A stretch of DNA of 63,570 nt, the filler included, from Lenisia limosa (Eukaryota; Protista; Breviatea): the NCBI GenBank assembly GCA_001655205.1. It is 11 parts of 11 records of this genome, joined end to end, with 100 filler letters (N's around TTAATTAATTAA, not from the genome) between each part and the next. Parts side by side here need not be neighbours in the genome. Positions count along the whole stretch, not along the records: positions 13,959 to 16,211 come from LPNZ01006130.1; positions 16,312 to 18,081 come from LPNZ01010913.1; positions 18,182 to 43,693 come from LPNZ01006443.1; 8 more parts are not named here. One strand, 5' to 3'. The notes below the pieces were generated by a model, which made no database searches, was not told where the DNA came from, and saw only the letters and a program-made list of their open reading frames with translations. Below, piece by piece: positions 14,180-27,474 of this stretch. The position numbers were made by a program, and so were the translations under genes. Positions within the stretch are counted from its first letter, which is position 1, and each line of letters opens with the position of its first letter.

Positions 14180-17100
14180 AGGACTAGATGCGGAAGATGG
14201 AGTCACCAGGAGAGAACGGGTGGGGGGGGGGGNNNNNNNNNNNNNNNNNNNNNNNNNNNNNNNNNNNNNNNNNNNNNNNNNNNNNNNNNNNNNNNNNNNN
14301 NNNNNNNNNNNNNNNNNNNNNNNNNNNNNNNNNNNNNNNNNNNNNNNNNNNNNNNNNNNNNNNNNNNNNNNNNNNNNNNNNNNNNNNNNNNNNNNGCAAA
14401 CAAAGACGAAATCGTGATGCGCAAGTAGCAAATTGTTTTTTTATTATTATTTTTAAGAAAGGACAAAAAAATTTCGATATTTAGGAAAAAAAAACTTGCA
14501 TCAGGTGTGAAATAGGTGTGTTAGCTTTCGGATACGGTCATACTCTGGGGGTCATCGCGCATCCCGTCCGCTCTGCGAACGCAAGCCCCATCAGGCCTTG
14601 GTAGTACTGACGTCGGAGACGAGTCGGGAAGGCAGGGTACTGTAGTTTTTTTTTCTTTTTTTTCTCTGTTTTTCTTTTTTTTCTCCATTGGGTGCATGCC
14701 ATTTTATACGCATAATCCTAAGAATCCCCACCACCGAACTCACGCTCACGGCTAACACATTATAGCTTCCCAAATAGTTGCTGTTTGCGAAGCTGGGTCT
14801 CGCACTTCGCTTCCGTACGCTGTCGCTGCTGTGACCTTTGCCCACTCGTGTGCCAGCTCTGCTGCCCTTGCGTTTAACTTGGTGAGCAATAGTGGCTTGG
14901 TTGTTTTGGGCTATATTACCCAAAAAAAATCCTTGAAGTTTACAGCTGTGATCAAGATAAGGTTGACCATCTTTCTGTTATTATGGTATGGAATTGATTA
15001 TTGTGAGGGCAAGATCATAATAATACCTTGGGATGTCCAGAATGGACCTTGAATTGACGAGTTTTAGGCGGGACTCCCAACATCTGCAGGGCTGATTTCT
15101 ACAAGTGTATCTTGGGGAACATTTTCTGGCGCAGTCATGGGCGTTGTCAATCCTGCGTTGGAGGGGTGATACAAGATAATGCAAGATTTGGTGATCATGT
15201 ATTATTAGATGTCTTTGGTTCCCTTTTTTTCTTCAACATTCTGTGAAACAATTCCTTTGATCCCGTTCTTAGATATCTTATGATATATACTATGTAACCT
15301 TTATTAGAACCACCTGCCTCACTAAGCCCACTCGCCCACATTCACACATACAAACTCCCGTCCACACTCACACATATACATACTAACCCTCCAGGTATTT
15401 GATATTTGGCACGGCAGTTCGAAGAGCCCTTCAGTGTTCTTTTGGACCCCCATCCCAGGTAAACAGATGTCAAAATGAATTAATGGGAATAAAGAATAAA
15501 GGGGGGGGGGGGTATGCAGCCAACCTTACATGAAAATGCCTAATATCACGTAGGTCCTGGTAGACAGCTTTGTGGCCCTGGATTCGGCCGTTATGTCCCG
15601 TAATTCTGCTTCAAAACCCGAATGCCTTGTCAATATCCCCATAGGCGCCAGGATTCTTACTCCGGTTGCCGAAGCCGAGGTGGGGGGGAGATAAGGGAAA
15701 TTATACACTCCAAAACCCAGAAAATATTAACTAGATAAATTTTCTGATTTTGATGACACCCCTTTGTGCGTTTTGGTGATAACTTTCCTTTAAATTAAAT
15801 AACAGTTTTGAAAGACAAACGGCTGTTTAACATTCAAAAATTGCGGCCCATTTCAGACTTTTTAATATTCCCAAGGGGTGTGGTCCATCCCTCTCCGTCA
15901 AAAGGGTCGAAGAAATCTCTCCCAACATGGTATGAACTGATGATGCTTCCCCCACAACATTCACCATACATGGTATACATATCCTTTTTTATCAGCCTTT
16001 TACATTCCTATAATAGAAAATAGGGCTTCCCTACGGTCCGAAAAAGACCTTATAATATCGATTATCGAGGGTTTATTGAGAAATTCAGTTATTTCTGGGA
16101 ACGTAGGGAACCCCAAATTATGAGAAATCCCAAAAAAGACCTAACTTTTCAGATCCGAAGGTCCATCTCACCGCTACCACCAGTGGCCACAGGGTCTCGT
16201 GACCCCTTGCCNNNNNNNNNNNNNNNNNNNNNNNNNNNNNNNNNNNNNNNNNNNNTTAATTAATTAANNNNNNNNNNNNNNNNNNNNNNNNNNNNNNNNN
16301 NNNNNNNNNNNAAAAGAGATGGGGCATGAGAGGACAATAACATAACAAACCCCTTACAATTGACAAAGTTGTGGCGAGTTCCACCCATTGTCCAACTCGA
16401 GCAGGATGGTGCGAAAACGTTGAGAGCATTGAAGATACCTTTGTTATTAATGATAATGATAGATACATAGAAGTGTTTTCAGTATTGAAGATCCTTTGTT
16501 AATGGATAGAACTGTTTTCAGTGTTAATGATACAGTTATTGTTAGTGCTAGCATATAAAATAACACTGACACAGTAACAGTATTGCTGGCATGGTTACTA
16601 TCATAAGAGTATTGTTAGCATGACTATGTTGCCTCTACTAAACACACATACACACTAATCAACCCTCCCCACATAAGCCAATAAAAGCGGGGGGCATGGA
16701 ATGGACAGTCGCATCACTTCCATGAGAACATCACATATAAAGTGACAGCAAAGTGGTCGAGATCTGGGGGGGGGGAGGGGGAGGTTAAATTTATGAAACA
16801 AAAAAACCCAAATCAACTCTGTTGGCTGNNNNNNNNNNNNNNNNNNNNNNNNNNNNNNNNNNNNNNNNNNNNNNNNNNNNNNNNNNNNNNNNNNNNNNNG
16901 AAGGAAATTTATGACACACCCAAAAACACAAAATCAAACGTTGGCTTGGTTAAGCATTTGAAAAGCACATGGGAATTGAAAACAACAATTTGGACGAAGG
17001 ACCCTCAAAAAGCAAATTGAAGAATATTACAAACAGAAAAACTTCAATAAATAGGGATAGGAGGTAAAATATAAAGGCGCAAAGTTTCAATATTACAAAG

Positions 17101-18080
17101 AGCCAACTTAAGCAAAGTCACAAATAAGGAAAGTTACAGTTCCCCCCTACGCTTGATAGAGGCTGAACATTGCTGACACCAACCCCTAAATAGGGTCAGA
17201 ATTGCTAGTTTTTGTGTGTGTTCTTTATGCTCAGATAGTACAAGCATCCCCCCCCCCCCAAACAAAAAGGGGTCAGAATTGGCTTTTTTTGGTTTTTTTT
17301 TNNNNNNNNNNNNNNNNNNNNNNNNNNNNNNNNNNNNNNNNNNNNNNNNNNNNNNNNNCAAGATAGAACTAAAGCTTCACCTTCGCCTTAAATTAACGCC
17401 AACAATAAAATAACGCCAAAAATAAAATAAAATAACGTCAAAAAAGAATCTACTCACCTCCACCGCCAGTGCGGGAAGAAGGTCAGATAGAACTGAATTT
17501 TTTTTGTTTTGTTTTGTGATAAGATAGAATAATGCTGCATTTTCGCCTTAAATTGACGCCAACAACAACTACTCACCTCTACCGCCAGGGCGGGAAGAAG
17601 GTCGTCTTCCTCGGTTTTTGCAGCCTCGGGGATACGCGAAAGGGAGTTGGAGGACTGGTGGGTGGGGGGGTTATGGTTAACACAATGTTTTTGATTTGAA
17701 CAAATGAAAAAACAAAACACACCTCTAAACAAACAAAAAAAAACAATACCATTTATTAGAGCTCCGTGCAATTAATTGATGTTTTTTTTTTTCAAAATTT
17801 GAAATGGGACATAGTGTAACGAAAACCCCATTTCAGACACTTTAATTTCTAATTTTGTCAATTAATTTCCTCGGAGCCTTATTTATGTGTTGTACTGCTC
17901 CCCTTCCTACAAACGCTGTAACTAATGCTTCCCTACGGTCCCGAAAAACACCGAATATCTCGATAAATCCTCAATAAATATCGATATTTAAACGGTCTTT
18001 TTCGGACCGTAGGGAAGCACTAGTTGTAACCCCTATCCCTAATATAGAATATATGATATGGAGATGATACCATCCCAAAA
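14180..18080 (-). CDS. Exon cluster of unknown product; possibly the C-terminus of the NACHT gene but separated from it by linkers at 16256 and 18126
   Basis: Open GT-AG exons: SSNSLSRIPEAAKTEEDDLLPALAVE, RPLCCHFICDVLMEVMRLSIP, RILAPMGILTRHSGFEAELRD...YVILGIF, IDNAHDCARKCSPRYTCRNQPCRCWESR, PKTTKPLLLTKLNARAAELAHEWAK. No WD40 or TPR pattern recognised. Confidence 0.35.
17926..18020. mobile_element. MITE subfamily A2 (TIR GCTTCCCTACGGTCCGAAAAAGAC), representative copy
   Basis: GCTTCCCTACGGTCCCGAAAAAC...GGTCTTTTTCGGACCGTAGGGAAGC with the same core as family A. Other copies lie at ~4147, 9202, 16023, 25131 and 33115. Confidence 0.85.
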
Positions 18081-18189
18081 CNNNNNNNNNNNNNNNNNNN
18101 NNNNNNNNNNNNNNNNNNNNNNNNNTTAATTAATTAANNNNNNNNNNNNNNNNNNNNNNNNNNNNNNNNNNNNNNNNNNNNCAAGCAGT

Positions 18190-21100
18190 GTACCTCTCTA
18201 TTAGGCACTTCGGCAGGGAGAGGCTCCCAGGGTGGAATGCTACCAAACTTATTGAATCGATCAGGCGGTGACAGCAAATATATCAGGTCGTCAAGCTCGA
18301 ATAGCTTCACACCCTGGTAGTGTGAGTGAAAGTCTTAGCTTTTAAGTATGTACTTGATATTAATTAGAGCAGCTATCATAGAATGCTATATCTCTCTCAA
18401 ATTTTAAAGAGTATTCACAAGACAATAATGCTACATAGAGTAGAGCATATCCCAAGAAAACAAGTACATAAGAGTAGAGCATATCCCAAGAAAACAAGAA
18501 CATAAGTAGAGCATATCATCAAATTCTTCCGTCTACGAACAGATCCTCCTCACTTCCATAATCGAGAAATTCCTGCTGATCACCACCCCCAACATGGTTC
18601 CTGGCTTCAGCCTTGATGGAGGTGACAATGGACGAAAATGGCAAAGGGCCGAGCTGCTGCACCAGNNNNNNNNNNNNNNNNNNNNNNNNNNNNNNNNNNN
18701 NNNNNNNNNNNNNNNNNNNNNNNNNNNNNNNNNNNNNNNNNNNNNNNNNNNNNNNNNNNNNNNNNNNNNNNNNNNNNNNNNNNNNNNNNNNNNNNNNNNN
18801 NNNNNNNNNNNNNNNNNNGGATTGAGGCTTGCTTCTATTCTTGGATATCTATTTCATCCCACACTGGCCGCACTCAACCCACTGTGGCAATTGTGGCAAA
18901 CTGATGACCTTTAATGAGGTGATAGAGTGCCGAGTCTATAATGCGGGTTGACCTGGGGAAGGGTGGGTAAGATAGAACTGCGAGGTAATAATTATATCAT
19001 ATTTAAAAAAGAAGAATGAAACGGTAACTGTTTCTGTACACAGAAATGGTCAAAACAGAAAAAAGATTGGCAATGATCGAAATACCAAGACACAATAGAG
19101 GCCCTCTAACTTGCATTTGAATGTTTTGTCCCCCTCAGGGTCCAGCTTAGAGGCAAAGAATTGGCCGATGATTGCATGGCAGGATTTCTAAGAGTCAGAA
19201 CCACAAGGAGTACGCAATATCATACTGTTAATATAAGAGCTAGGAAGAATATTCGAAATTGAAAAGCATAATAATATTCGCAATGCTACCAGACAAAATA
19301 CACCTACCAGGTGTTCCTTGTCATTGTAAACATCAAGAATTGTGTCAACAAAGTGGCGATGGAAGAAGGAAATCACTTCAACTCCTTAAGAGTAAAAAAA
19401 CATAAAACTACAACGCTCCTCGTAAGTATCTCATGCACCCATACACACCTTCACTGTCTTTAGCCACAAGGAACTCACGCAGGTGCCAGTTGAGGCGGCT
19501 GATGACGATAGGAGGCATGCCTCTTGGTGACGGTGTGTGGTATTGCAGCACGTCGTCTGAAGCGTAAAAGAAATGATGAAACCGAAAAGAAAGTTGTGTT
19601 TACTTATTAGGAAACTATAATATCTTGACCGATATCTCTTTAAGAGTGCTTGAAATATAAATAGCAATGAGAACTGGCAGATATCACGCTTATCAGAGAT
19701 ATTGAAATATCGCAAAATATTAATCCACCCAATCATTTGCCTTACGATGTCACCAAAACGCTCCCCCCACTCAGAACCACATTGTCAAGTGATAGGATGG
19801 AAAGTAGCTCATCTTCGCTCAGCGCATGCTTGGCCAAGGCAAGGTACGTCTGAGAGGTAAAGACTGGGCGTGGGGGAGAGATGGGCAAGAATGGGTGATT
19901 CATTGATATTTTCAATACGCATCAAGCTTGTAATGAGGACAACCTTCCAATCTCTATCTACAAACCGCCCTCACCATGACGTGTTTCGTCAAGACCTCTC
20001 CGTGGTAGACAGTGATCCTCCGAAGCAGGGCTGAAACGGCCGAGTCCAAATCCGAGCCAAGAAGCTCAGTGAGATTGGCAGGGACTGGGGTGAACGACTT
20101 CCACTGCGAGACACAACCAACAGTCATGGCAACATAAAGGGGGTTCGGGAAGACGGCAATCTGGGGGTGAGAACTGGGCTGAGAGGAATACTAGAAGAAA
20201 TGGTCTTCAAGATATTGGGGGTCCAAAGAGGGTAATGGCAATTATTATGGGGGTACTTACACACAAGTTGAGACTCTTCAGTTGTAAAAAACATTATTAG
20301 GTAGTTACACCACATTGTCACCACCAACCCTCTCCATAACAGCCTCGTTCACCACCAGCCCTCTCCATAACAGCCTCGGTCACCACCAACCCTCTCCATA
20401 ACAGCCTCGTATTGGTCCGAAGTCAGACGGCGTCCGTGGCAGTACAGCCCAGCAGTAAAGATGGAGCTGGGAAGTGAGTAGTGAAGATGGAGCTGGGAAG
20501 TGAGTAGTGAAAGTGGAGCTGAGGAAAGCCTTTTCTTTGTTATTTGAAGTGAAGCCTAATGTTAGGAATATATTATGATATGAAAACCCACAAACAAAAA
20601 CTCTCCCATTATAATTGTTATACAGAAAACCNNNNNNNNNNNNNNNNNNNNNNNNNNNNNNNNNNNNNNNNNNNNNNNNNNNNNNNNNNNNNNNNNNNNN
20701 NNNNNNNNNNNNNNNNNNNNNNNNNNNNNNNNNNNNNNNNNNNNNNNNNNNNNNNNNNNNNNNNNNNNNNNNNNNNNNNNNNNNNNNNNNNNNNNNNNNN
20801 NNNNNNTCCGGGTGTCGTTTTGCCACTGTAAATAAGACATGCCCGCGATAATACAATGATGGAGAGGGAGGGGTTAACTTCTGAAACACACACAAAATTC
20901 CTTTTATCTTCCAGTAAAACGCATCCTCAAACCCACAACAGGAAAAAGCCAATAATTGTTTTATACACAACTATCACCCCCCCCCCCATACGGTCAGCCA
21001 TTTCACCAGGCTGGTCAAGGACGGACGTNNNNNNNNNNNNNNNNNNNNNNNNNNNNNNNNNNNNNNNNNNNNNNNNNNNNNNNNNNNNNNNNNNNNNNNN

Positions 21101-24100
21101 NNNNNNNNNNNNNNNNNGGGACCTTTTCCTTGAGCCAAGTACCCGGGGCCAGACCCGGCTCTGGTTTGAGTTGATCCACGGCATCAATCAAAACTACCTA
21201 CAAAATGAAGTTCTTGAATATGTTATTATTTACTTGTCCTGTTGAGCGCATTGGTAAATATACTATTACTTGTGCTATTTCTTGCACCGACAAAGCACAC
21301 TCACCAGGGGTTCAGTTAGAGTGTCCAAAAGTTCCATCATTTTAGCTACTCCTTCCTTGACAAGGTCACAATAGAAGCAGCGTAATAAAAGGCCACAGAC
21401 TCATAGCAGTGTTATTAAAGGCTATACACCCAAAGCATTGCCGCTTATACCTATAGACCCCAAAAGGAGCCCCTCACGGAAAACTTGACGGGTTTCTGTT
21501 TGAGCGGTTCTTGACCAAAGAGGTCCAATAGCTCTTCAGTGATGGAGTTCTATGGTGATGAATGGCAGCTGGGGTGATTGCTCTAGTTTATGGTCACCTT
21601 CGCATTATTTGTGTTGGTTTTCAATATTAATAATATATCATATATACAGTGACCGGGATAAGTCGTGGCCGATTATCCTTGGAAAATCATCAAGCAAATC
21701 GGTCAAGACTTATCCCGGATACGCTTCCTCATATAAAAAAGACCCTACCACAAGCCCAAGGGTGGTAGTGGACGACAAAGAGGCACCACAGAAGCGAACA
21801 ATCGCGCTACGGTGGTTAATGCTGGCAATTCTGACAAAAACAAATCGAGAGAAAAAAACTTGTGAACATTTATTCCAAGAAAAACATAGAGTACTATCGG
21901 AATACCAGAGTAAAATAGATTAAGAACCTGAAGCATATTCGATAAGGACAAACACCCAGGCACACCGTCTTCCCATTTTCTTCTTGAGTTCCAACGAGAT
22001 GTGGGACATGATACATGTTTTGCCTGAGCCGCCTTCAGCATGAACAACAATAGGACTGTCAGGGTGTCTGTCCAAGGCAGCCTGTATGGTCAGTTGATTC
22101 TATGATAAGTCAAATGAGAGCTACAGAAAGCCTCTGTCATCCTCTTATAATATTAAGTCTGAAGCTTTCGTGATATTATTGCCTACAGAGTATGTAGAAA
22201 CTACAAAAAAAGGAGAGCATGTCAAAAACCCAACTAATAGAAAATTCAACAAGAGTATGCCCCATAATGAAGCATGGGATATAGCAGACGAATTACCTGG
22301 ATTGTCTCCTGCATCTCCACCCGTTGAAAGTAGTTCTCAACCCGGTGTTCCGCGAATACTGTATGTTCGTGTATCTCCTGAAAGTGTTAACAATGGTGTA
22401 ACATATTATGTTGCTTAAACTGGTACCAAGCCGATGAGTTTGTGACCCTCCCGCCCACCTGGTTGATGTCAGAACCGAACTGCTTCAGGAAGGCCTTTTC
22501 CGACTCCAGCATCCCCTCCAGCACACCTGGGGGAGGGAGTCATGTATGACAAAAATGAGACATGATATCAAAGACATGTTGCACATTGATCATTTAATAT
22601 GACATCAAAGACATGTTCAACACATTGATCATTAAATATGATATCAAAGACTTGACACTATCACCGGGTCCTTTCCAAGGAGTAGTGTTCTATTGTAGTG
22701 TGCAATAAACACCAGGCGCCCTCAAACTGGTCATTTGATCACAGAAGTCCGGAATGTGCTCAGTGGTCAGTGAATAGTCTTCATTTAACGCCGCCTTCAA
22801 TAGTAAATATGAAGAAATATGGTAAAAAAAAAAGCAGTGTCAGCAAATCATCTGAGATGCAATCAGTGACATTGGAGAGCATTAGCACAGGGATTCAGCA
22901 AATATACATAATATGAAGTAATTATTATATAAATACTATATCACTATCGTAAAGACTGCTCTGGGCAATCAACACCAAATAACCCAGGGGGAGCAGCCAA
23001 CATTGAAAGAGAACTGGTGGTCGTTGGGCAGGATGGTGGCAACCTTGTCGCCCAGCTTCTGAGTGAGCTCAGCTGACTCCTCATCAACTGGCGGATTGGT
23101 TACATGTGGAGTGTGCGTGTGGGGGGGGGGGGGTNNNNNNNNNNNNNNNNNNNNNNNNNNNNNNNNNNNNNNNNNNNNNNNNNNNNNNNNNNNNNNNNNN
23201 NNNNNNNNNNNNNNNNNNNNNNNNNNNNNNNNNNNNNNNNNNNNNNNNNNNNNNNNNNNNNNNNNNNNNNNNNNNNNNNNNNNNNNNNNNNNNNNNNNNN
23301 NNNNNNNNNNNNNNNNNNNNNNNNNNNNNNNNNNNNNNNNNNNNNNNNNNNNNNNNNNNNNNNNNNNNNNNNNNNNNNNNNNNNNNNNNNNNNNNNNATT
23401 CCCACTAAACCCGGGCTCACCTTGGGTGCGGCATCCCTGAGGCCAGAAATACTCCGGGAAAAGGCATAGGCAAACTTGGAGGCAGATTTGTGCCGGAACA
23501 CTGCGTTGGTTACCTGGGGGGTAAGGTTACTGCGTGAGAATAACAACCTGGTCGATTGTACATTTGTAATGTTCGTTGATATGTTCTGCGGTATGAAGGG
23601 TATACCACTGTATGTTAAGGTTGGGCCGTACCTCTTGTTCGGTCACTGCCGCCGTCATATTCAGGTAATCAAGTTGAGATATCTGGGCCTGGGTGTGAGG
23701 TGATGCGGATCAAATCTCGACACTTAGCTAAGCTTGCCCCCCCCCTCCTCGAATAAATCCAAAGATAGAGGGTGAACTACTTTGGATACTGTGTCTGTTA
23801 TGAAATCGCTTGGACAGCCAGTAACTAACAGAGATAGAGAGTAATAAAAATAATCGAATAATTGTGCCGAGACGCAACATGAGTGCAATCACCTTGAGAA
23901 GTAACTGCTCGGCCGCCTTCCGAATGGCCTTCGTGAGGAGATGAATGTCTGTGCTCCAAAACTGCGATCTACACTGTAACTTCACGGCATAAGAGCATAA
24001 TCTGCGGTTGAAAGCACATCCCTTATATTTTCTACTGTGTTGCCGAGTCCACCACAATCTGTATATTAGATGATATTTTCAATATATCATAGTACTAATA

Positions 24101-26180
24101 TGTATAATATCATTAATTTATAAACACTATTTTTGGACCAAAGACAATAAATTCGCCCGCCCCCCGCCGCCCCAACGTGTTGCTGTCATTGAGGGGCGCA
24201 AGGCCACGGGAGGGGGGCAAGGCGTTACTGTCCAGTTCGTACCACTGTTCCAATATGTCCTGACTTTCAGGCTGGGAGGGGGGGTAAATGGGGGAAAAAA
24301 AAGAAAAACATTCAGAAGTTCGAGATTGGGATCTGAGACACACGAGTCAAATAGAGAGAATTGAAACCCGGGAGAACAGTCCGAACATGACTCAAAGCTC
24401 ACCACAGTCCGAACGATGAGATCGAACATTGAGGCTGGGAGGCTGGGTGGCGGCGGCCTCCATCCGTATCTTGGGGGAAAGGTGACAACTTATTACTACC
24501 ATGGCCTAAGGGATTTTCCTTTGTTGTTTAGCCAAAATATCTATACTACTCAGCCCCCCCTCCCCCCACCTATCCCCAAGTAGAATGATGAAGTTGGCTC
24601 TTGGGCTCCTAAAACCGTTAGTTGGGCATTAAAGATGCCGAGAAATACAGATATAAACGTATTCAGCTTCACTGAAAGATCCCAAGTGATTTACACAGCA
24701 TTAGATATCGCCAAAAAGAGAATACTTTGCACCAGAAACACCATTCCAACGTTTTGATGGACCTCTCAATTTCCTCCATGCAGATTGGGACGGTTCTGTG
24801 GTCGGATGTAGCCTCGTCGCGAATGCCCCATCTCATGTCCACCACTTGGAAGCGCCAGCCCTCCTGGGGGGGGGGGCATCACAACCAGAAAACAAGTATC
24901 ACAATTTTATTATTATTTTAAAATGTTTCACGCAGAGACTGTTATTTGGTAAAACAATACTCTGGCCAACTTTGATGCACTTCGAGGAGAACGCAGGAAA
25001 GACATTAGCCATTAGAGCGTTTCTTTCATTGGTCATATCGTCGAATGTCGATGACAGGAAGATTCGGATCACTTTGTGCTCTGGAGTGTGAAAGAATGCA
25101 CCAATGAAACAAAATCCTGAAGTGGTGTGTGGTACTACGGTCCCAAAAAAAGACTGAATGTCTCGTCGATAAATATCGATATTTGACCGGTCTTTTTCGG
25201 ATCGTAGGGAAGCCAATAAAATGGATTCATTCAAATATCAAGCGATATTTTGCAAAATGATAGATTTTGACAAAAGAAAATCTTCTGATGACCACTAGTA
25301 TTCTCAGCTTATTAGCACAACTTCTCAGTACAATATAATAACAGTATGTCCTATGCCTACCTCTGACGGCATCAGCGCAGTCTGTAACATCATCAGAAAT
25401 TCCCCCTAAACAGTCAGTAAAAATAATGGCGAATGGTGAATTTTAGTGTAACCGAATTGAAGCAATCTTAGATGGATGTATCGCAACCGAATTGAATCAT
25501 AATATACCATTGTCTACTATATATATCGATATGTATATATTAGATATAATATATGATAGTACCTATTGATATGTATCTCACCTGAGCTTTTGCTGAGAGA
25601 TGCCGAGGCCATGACGCTCTCAAAAAAGGATGGTGATGTTGCCCTGATTCATGAACAAATGTGAGATAAAGAACCTAATCACCAGATGCTCTTTTCAAAA
25701 ACGATATGGTTTGTTCAATAATCGCTCCACCACAGTTTATCAATATTTGATGTACAGTGACCAACGTAAGCCTTGCCCGATAGAACCATATATCATACCC
25801 CTTCAGAAAAATCGGTCAAGACTTACAATGGTCAGTGTATATCATATCAATATATGATATGTATGTATGTGCTAAGGAGAGATTACACATAATAAAAATA
25901 GGTGGCATCTCACCAAGGCCCTCAACACCACGCTTATCAAAGATTGGATTATGATAATATACCTATATTTTATATTAATATCATATTACTCCCGTGTACT
26001 TCTGGGGGCTTTCCATTGTAGCTGGGGACACCGGGGACTTCAAATCCTCAACAGTCAGGTCTCCAGCTGCTTCTGACTGGTCAATGCCTCATGATGGAAG
26101 TATCCTACCATTTGTGTGTTCGTTGGGATGCTCCTCATGTTCAGCCCCTGTGGAAGGTGTGTTTGAAGGCTTTCGATTTG
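18190..26180 (-). CDS. DUF4062-NACHT (STAND P-loop NTPase) protein, NWD1/NWD2/TEP1/NPHP3-like
   Basis: DUF4062 motifs VIRIFLSSTFDDMTNERNALMANVFP, FQVVDMRWGIRDEA...ICMEEIERS, NFIILLGDRYGWRP and ILEQWYELDSNALPP (24190-25080). Walker A IVVHAEGGSGKT (~22013-22050), followed by IVRFCGAS. Walker B VVLIDAVDQL (~21171-21205). Downstream GRRLTSDQY, PNPLYV, YHGEVL, YLALAKHALSEDELLSILSLD and ISFFHRHF match the NWD helical/winged-helix region. Confidence 0.85.
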
Positions 26181-26345
26181 ACTCTGTCAGTTGTTGGGGC
26201 GTAACTGTTGGTGCTGCAAACATCAACAAACAATACCAAAAATCAATTGATCCGATACAGCACACCCAACTGAAGCGTCTCAAAGACACTACCAAAGCCC
26301 ACCCATGAGATTGCCCCAACCAACACATGAGTTTGATGGTGCGTT

Positions 26346-27234
26346 TGGCTGAGTCGTGATGACGACTGCAGTACACCTCGCCTGGAAGATAAGGGACTAT
26401 CTAAAGCCCGGAAGCCCAATTTCATGATGTTCATTGACTTCATTTTCAGTTAACTCTACTCACAAGGCGGCTTAACTTCTCACAAAATTGTTCATCGACT
26501 ATGAATATGATATACACTGACCGGGATAAGTCTTGACCAATTTGATTATGATTTCCCATTGAAAATCGGCCAAGACATATCTCGGTTACTGTATGTAATA
26601 TAACAGCCCTAAATTGGTATGATGCAAATCATTTGGAGCACAAAAGAAGGAGAAGAACAGAAGCAGAAAATTTCATCATGCGACAACATTCATGGTGTAT
26701 AATTATGTGGGAGTGGTTTAGTCTAAAAGTTCCCATTTTGCCTCATACCACAGTGGAGATTGGCTGAACCGACAGAAAGAGGCAGCCGGCATGTTTTGCA
26801 TTTCTGTCATAATAAGGGGAACAAAAAAAAAAGGAGGGTAAAAGATGTACACATCTCCCCAATCTTAAAATACTACGTTATATAAAATATCGATATGCNN
26901 NNNNNNNNNNNNNNNNNNNNNNNNNNNNNNNNNNNNNNNNNNNNNNNNNNNNNNNNNNNNNNNNNNNNNNNNNNNNNNNNNNCTCAACTACTTTGTCAAA
27001 GTATTTCAATTCAACGAGGAAGAGGAATGAGATAACTTTGATATCACAAAAAGCCAAGAGGTACAACAAGAAAAGGCCAACATAAATATGTGTCAGAAAG
27101 AACTCATATCCTGAAATAAAACAAAAATTGTACCATAATACAATGTAGATCAGGCTATTTATTCCACCACAACAAATCTCCTCCATACCAAGGAAAACCT
27201 TCTCCTGACATGAGCTGCAAACGTCTGTAATCAT
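26346..27234 (-). CDS. LIM zinc-finger domain exons, probably the 5' end of the NACHT gene
   Basis: Exon 1 MITDVCSSCQEKVFL, then a gap, then KCKTCRLPLSVGSANLHC|GEVYCSRHHD. This gives C-x2-C ... C-x2-C-x17-C-x2-H, the LIM consensus; the central H-x2-C would fall in the N gap at 26899-26982. Confidence 0.75.
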
Positions 27235-27474
27235 TATGACAGCGCTGCCTCTAAATCACCAGAAAGAGATCAATCCGTTTTTTGGGGAAGCAATCTTTTG
27301 ACACATGGATGTCAAATAATTCCTGCTAGTTTGCTAATTGTGGCAGAAAGGCCCTGCAGGCCTGCTATCAGCGCAAAATCAAATAAATCCGTGAATTGAC
27401 CTTTATAAAATAAAAAAGCAAAGAAAAGAAGGAAAACGCAAAGTATTATCAGTATACATCTAAAATAAAACAAA

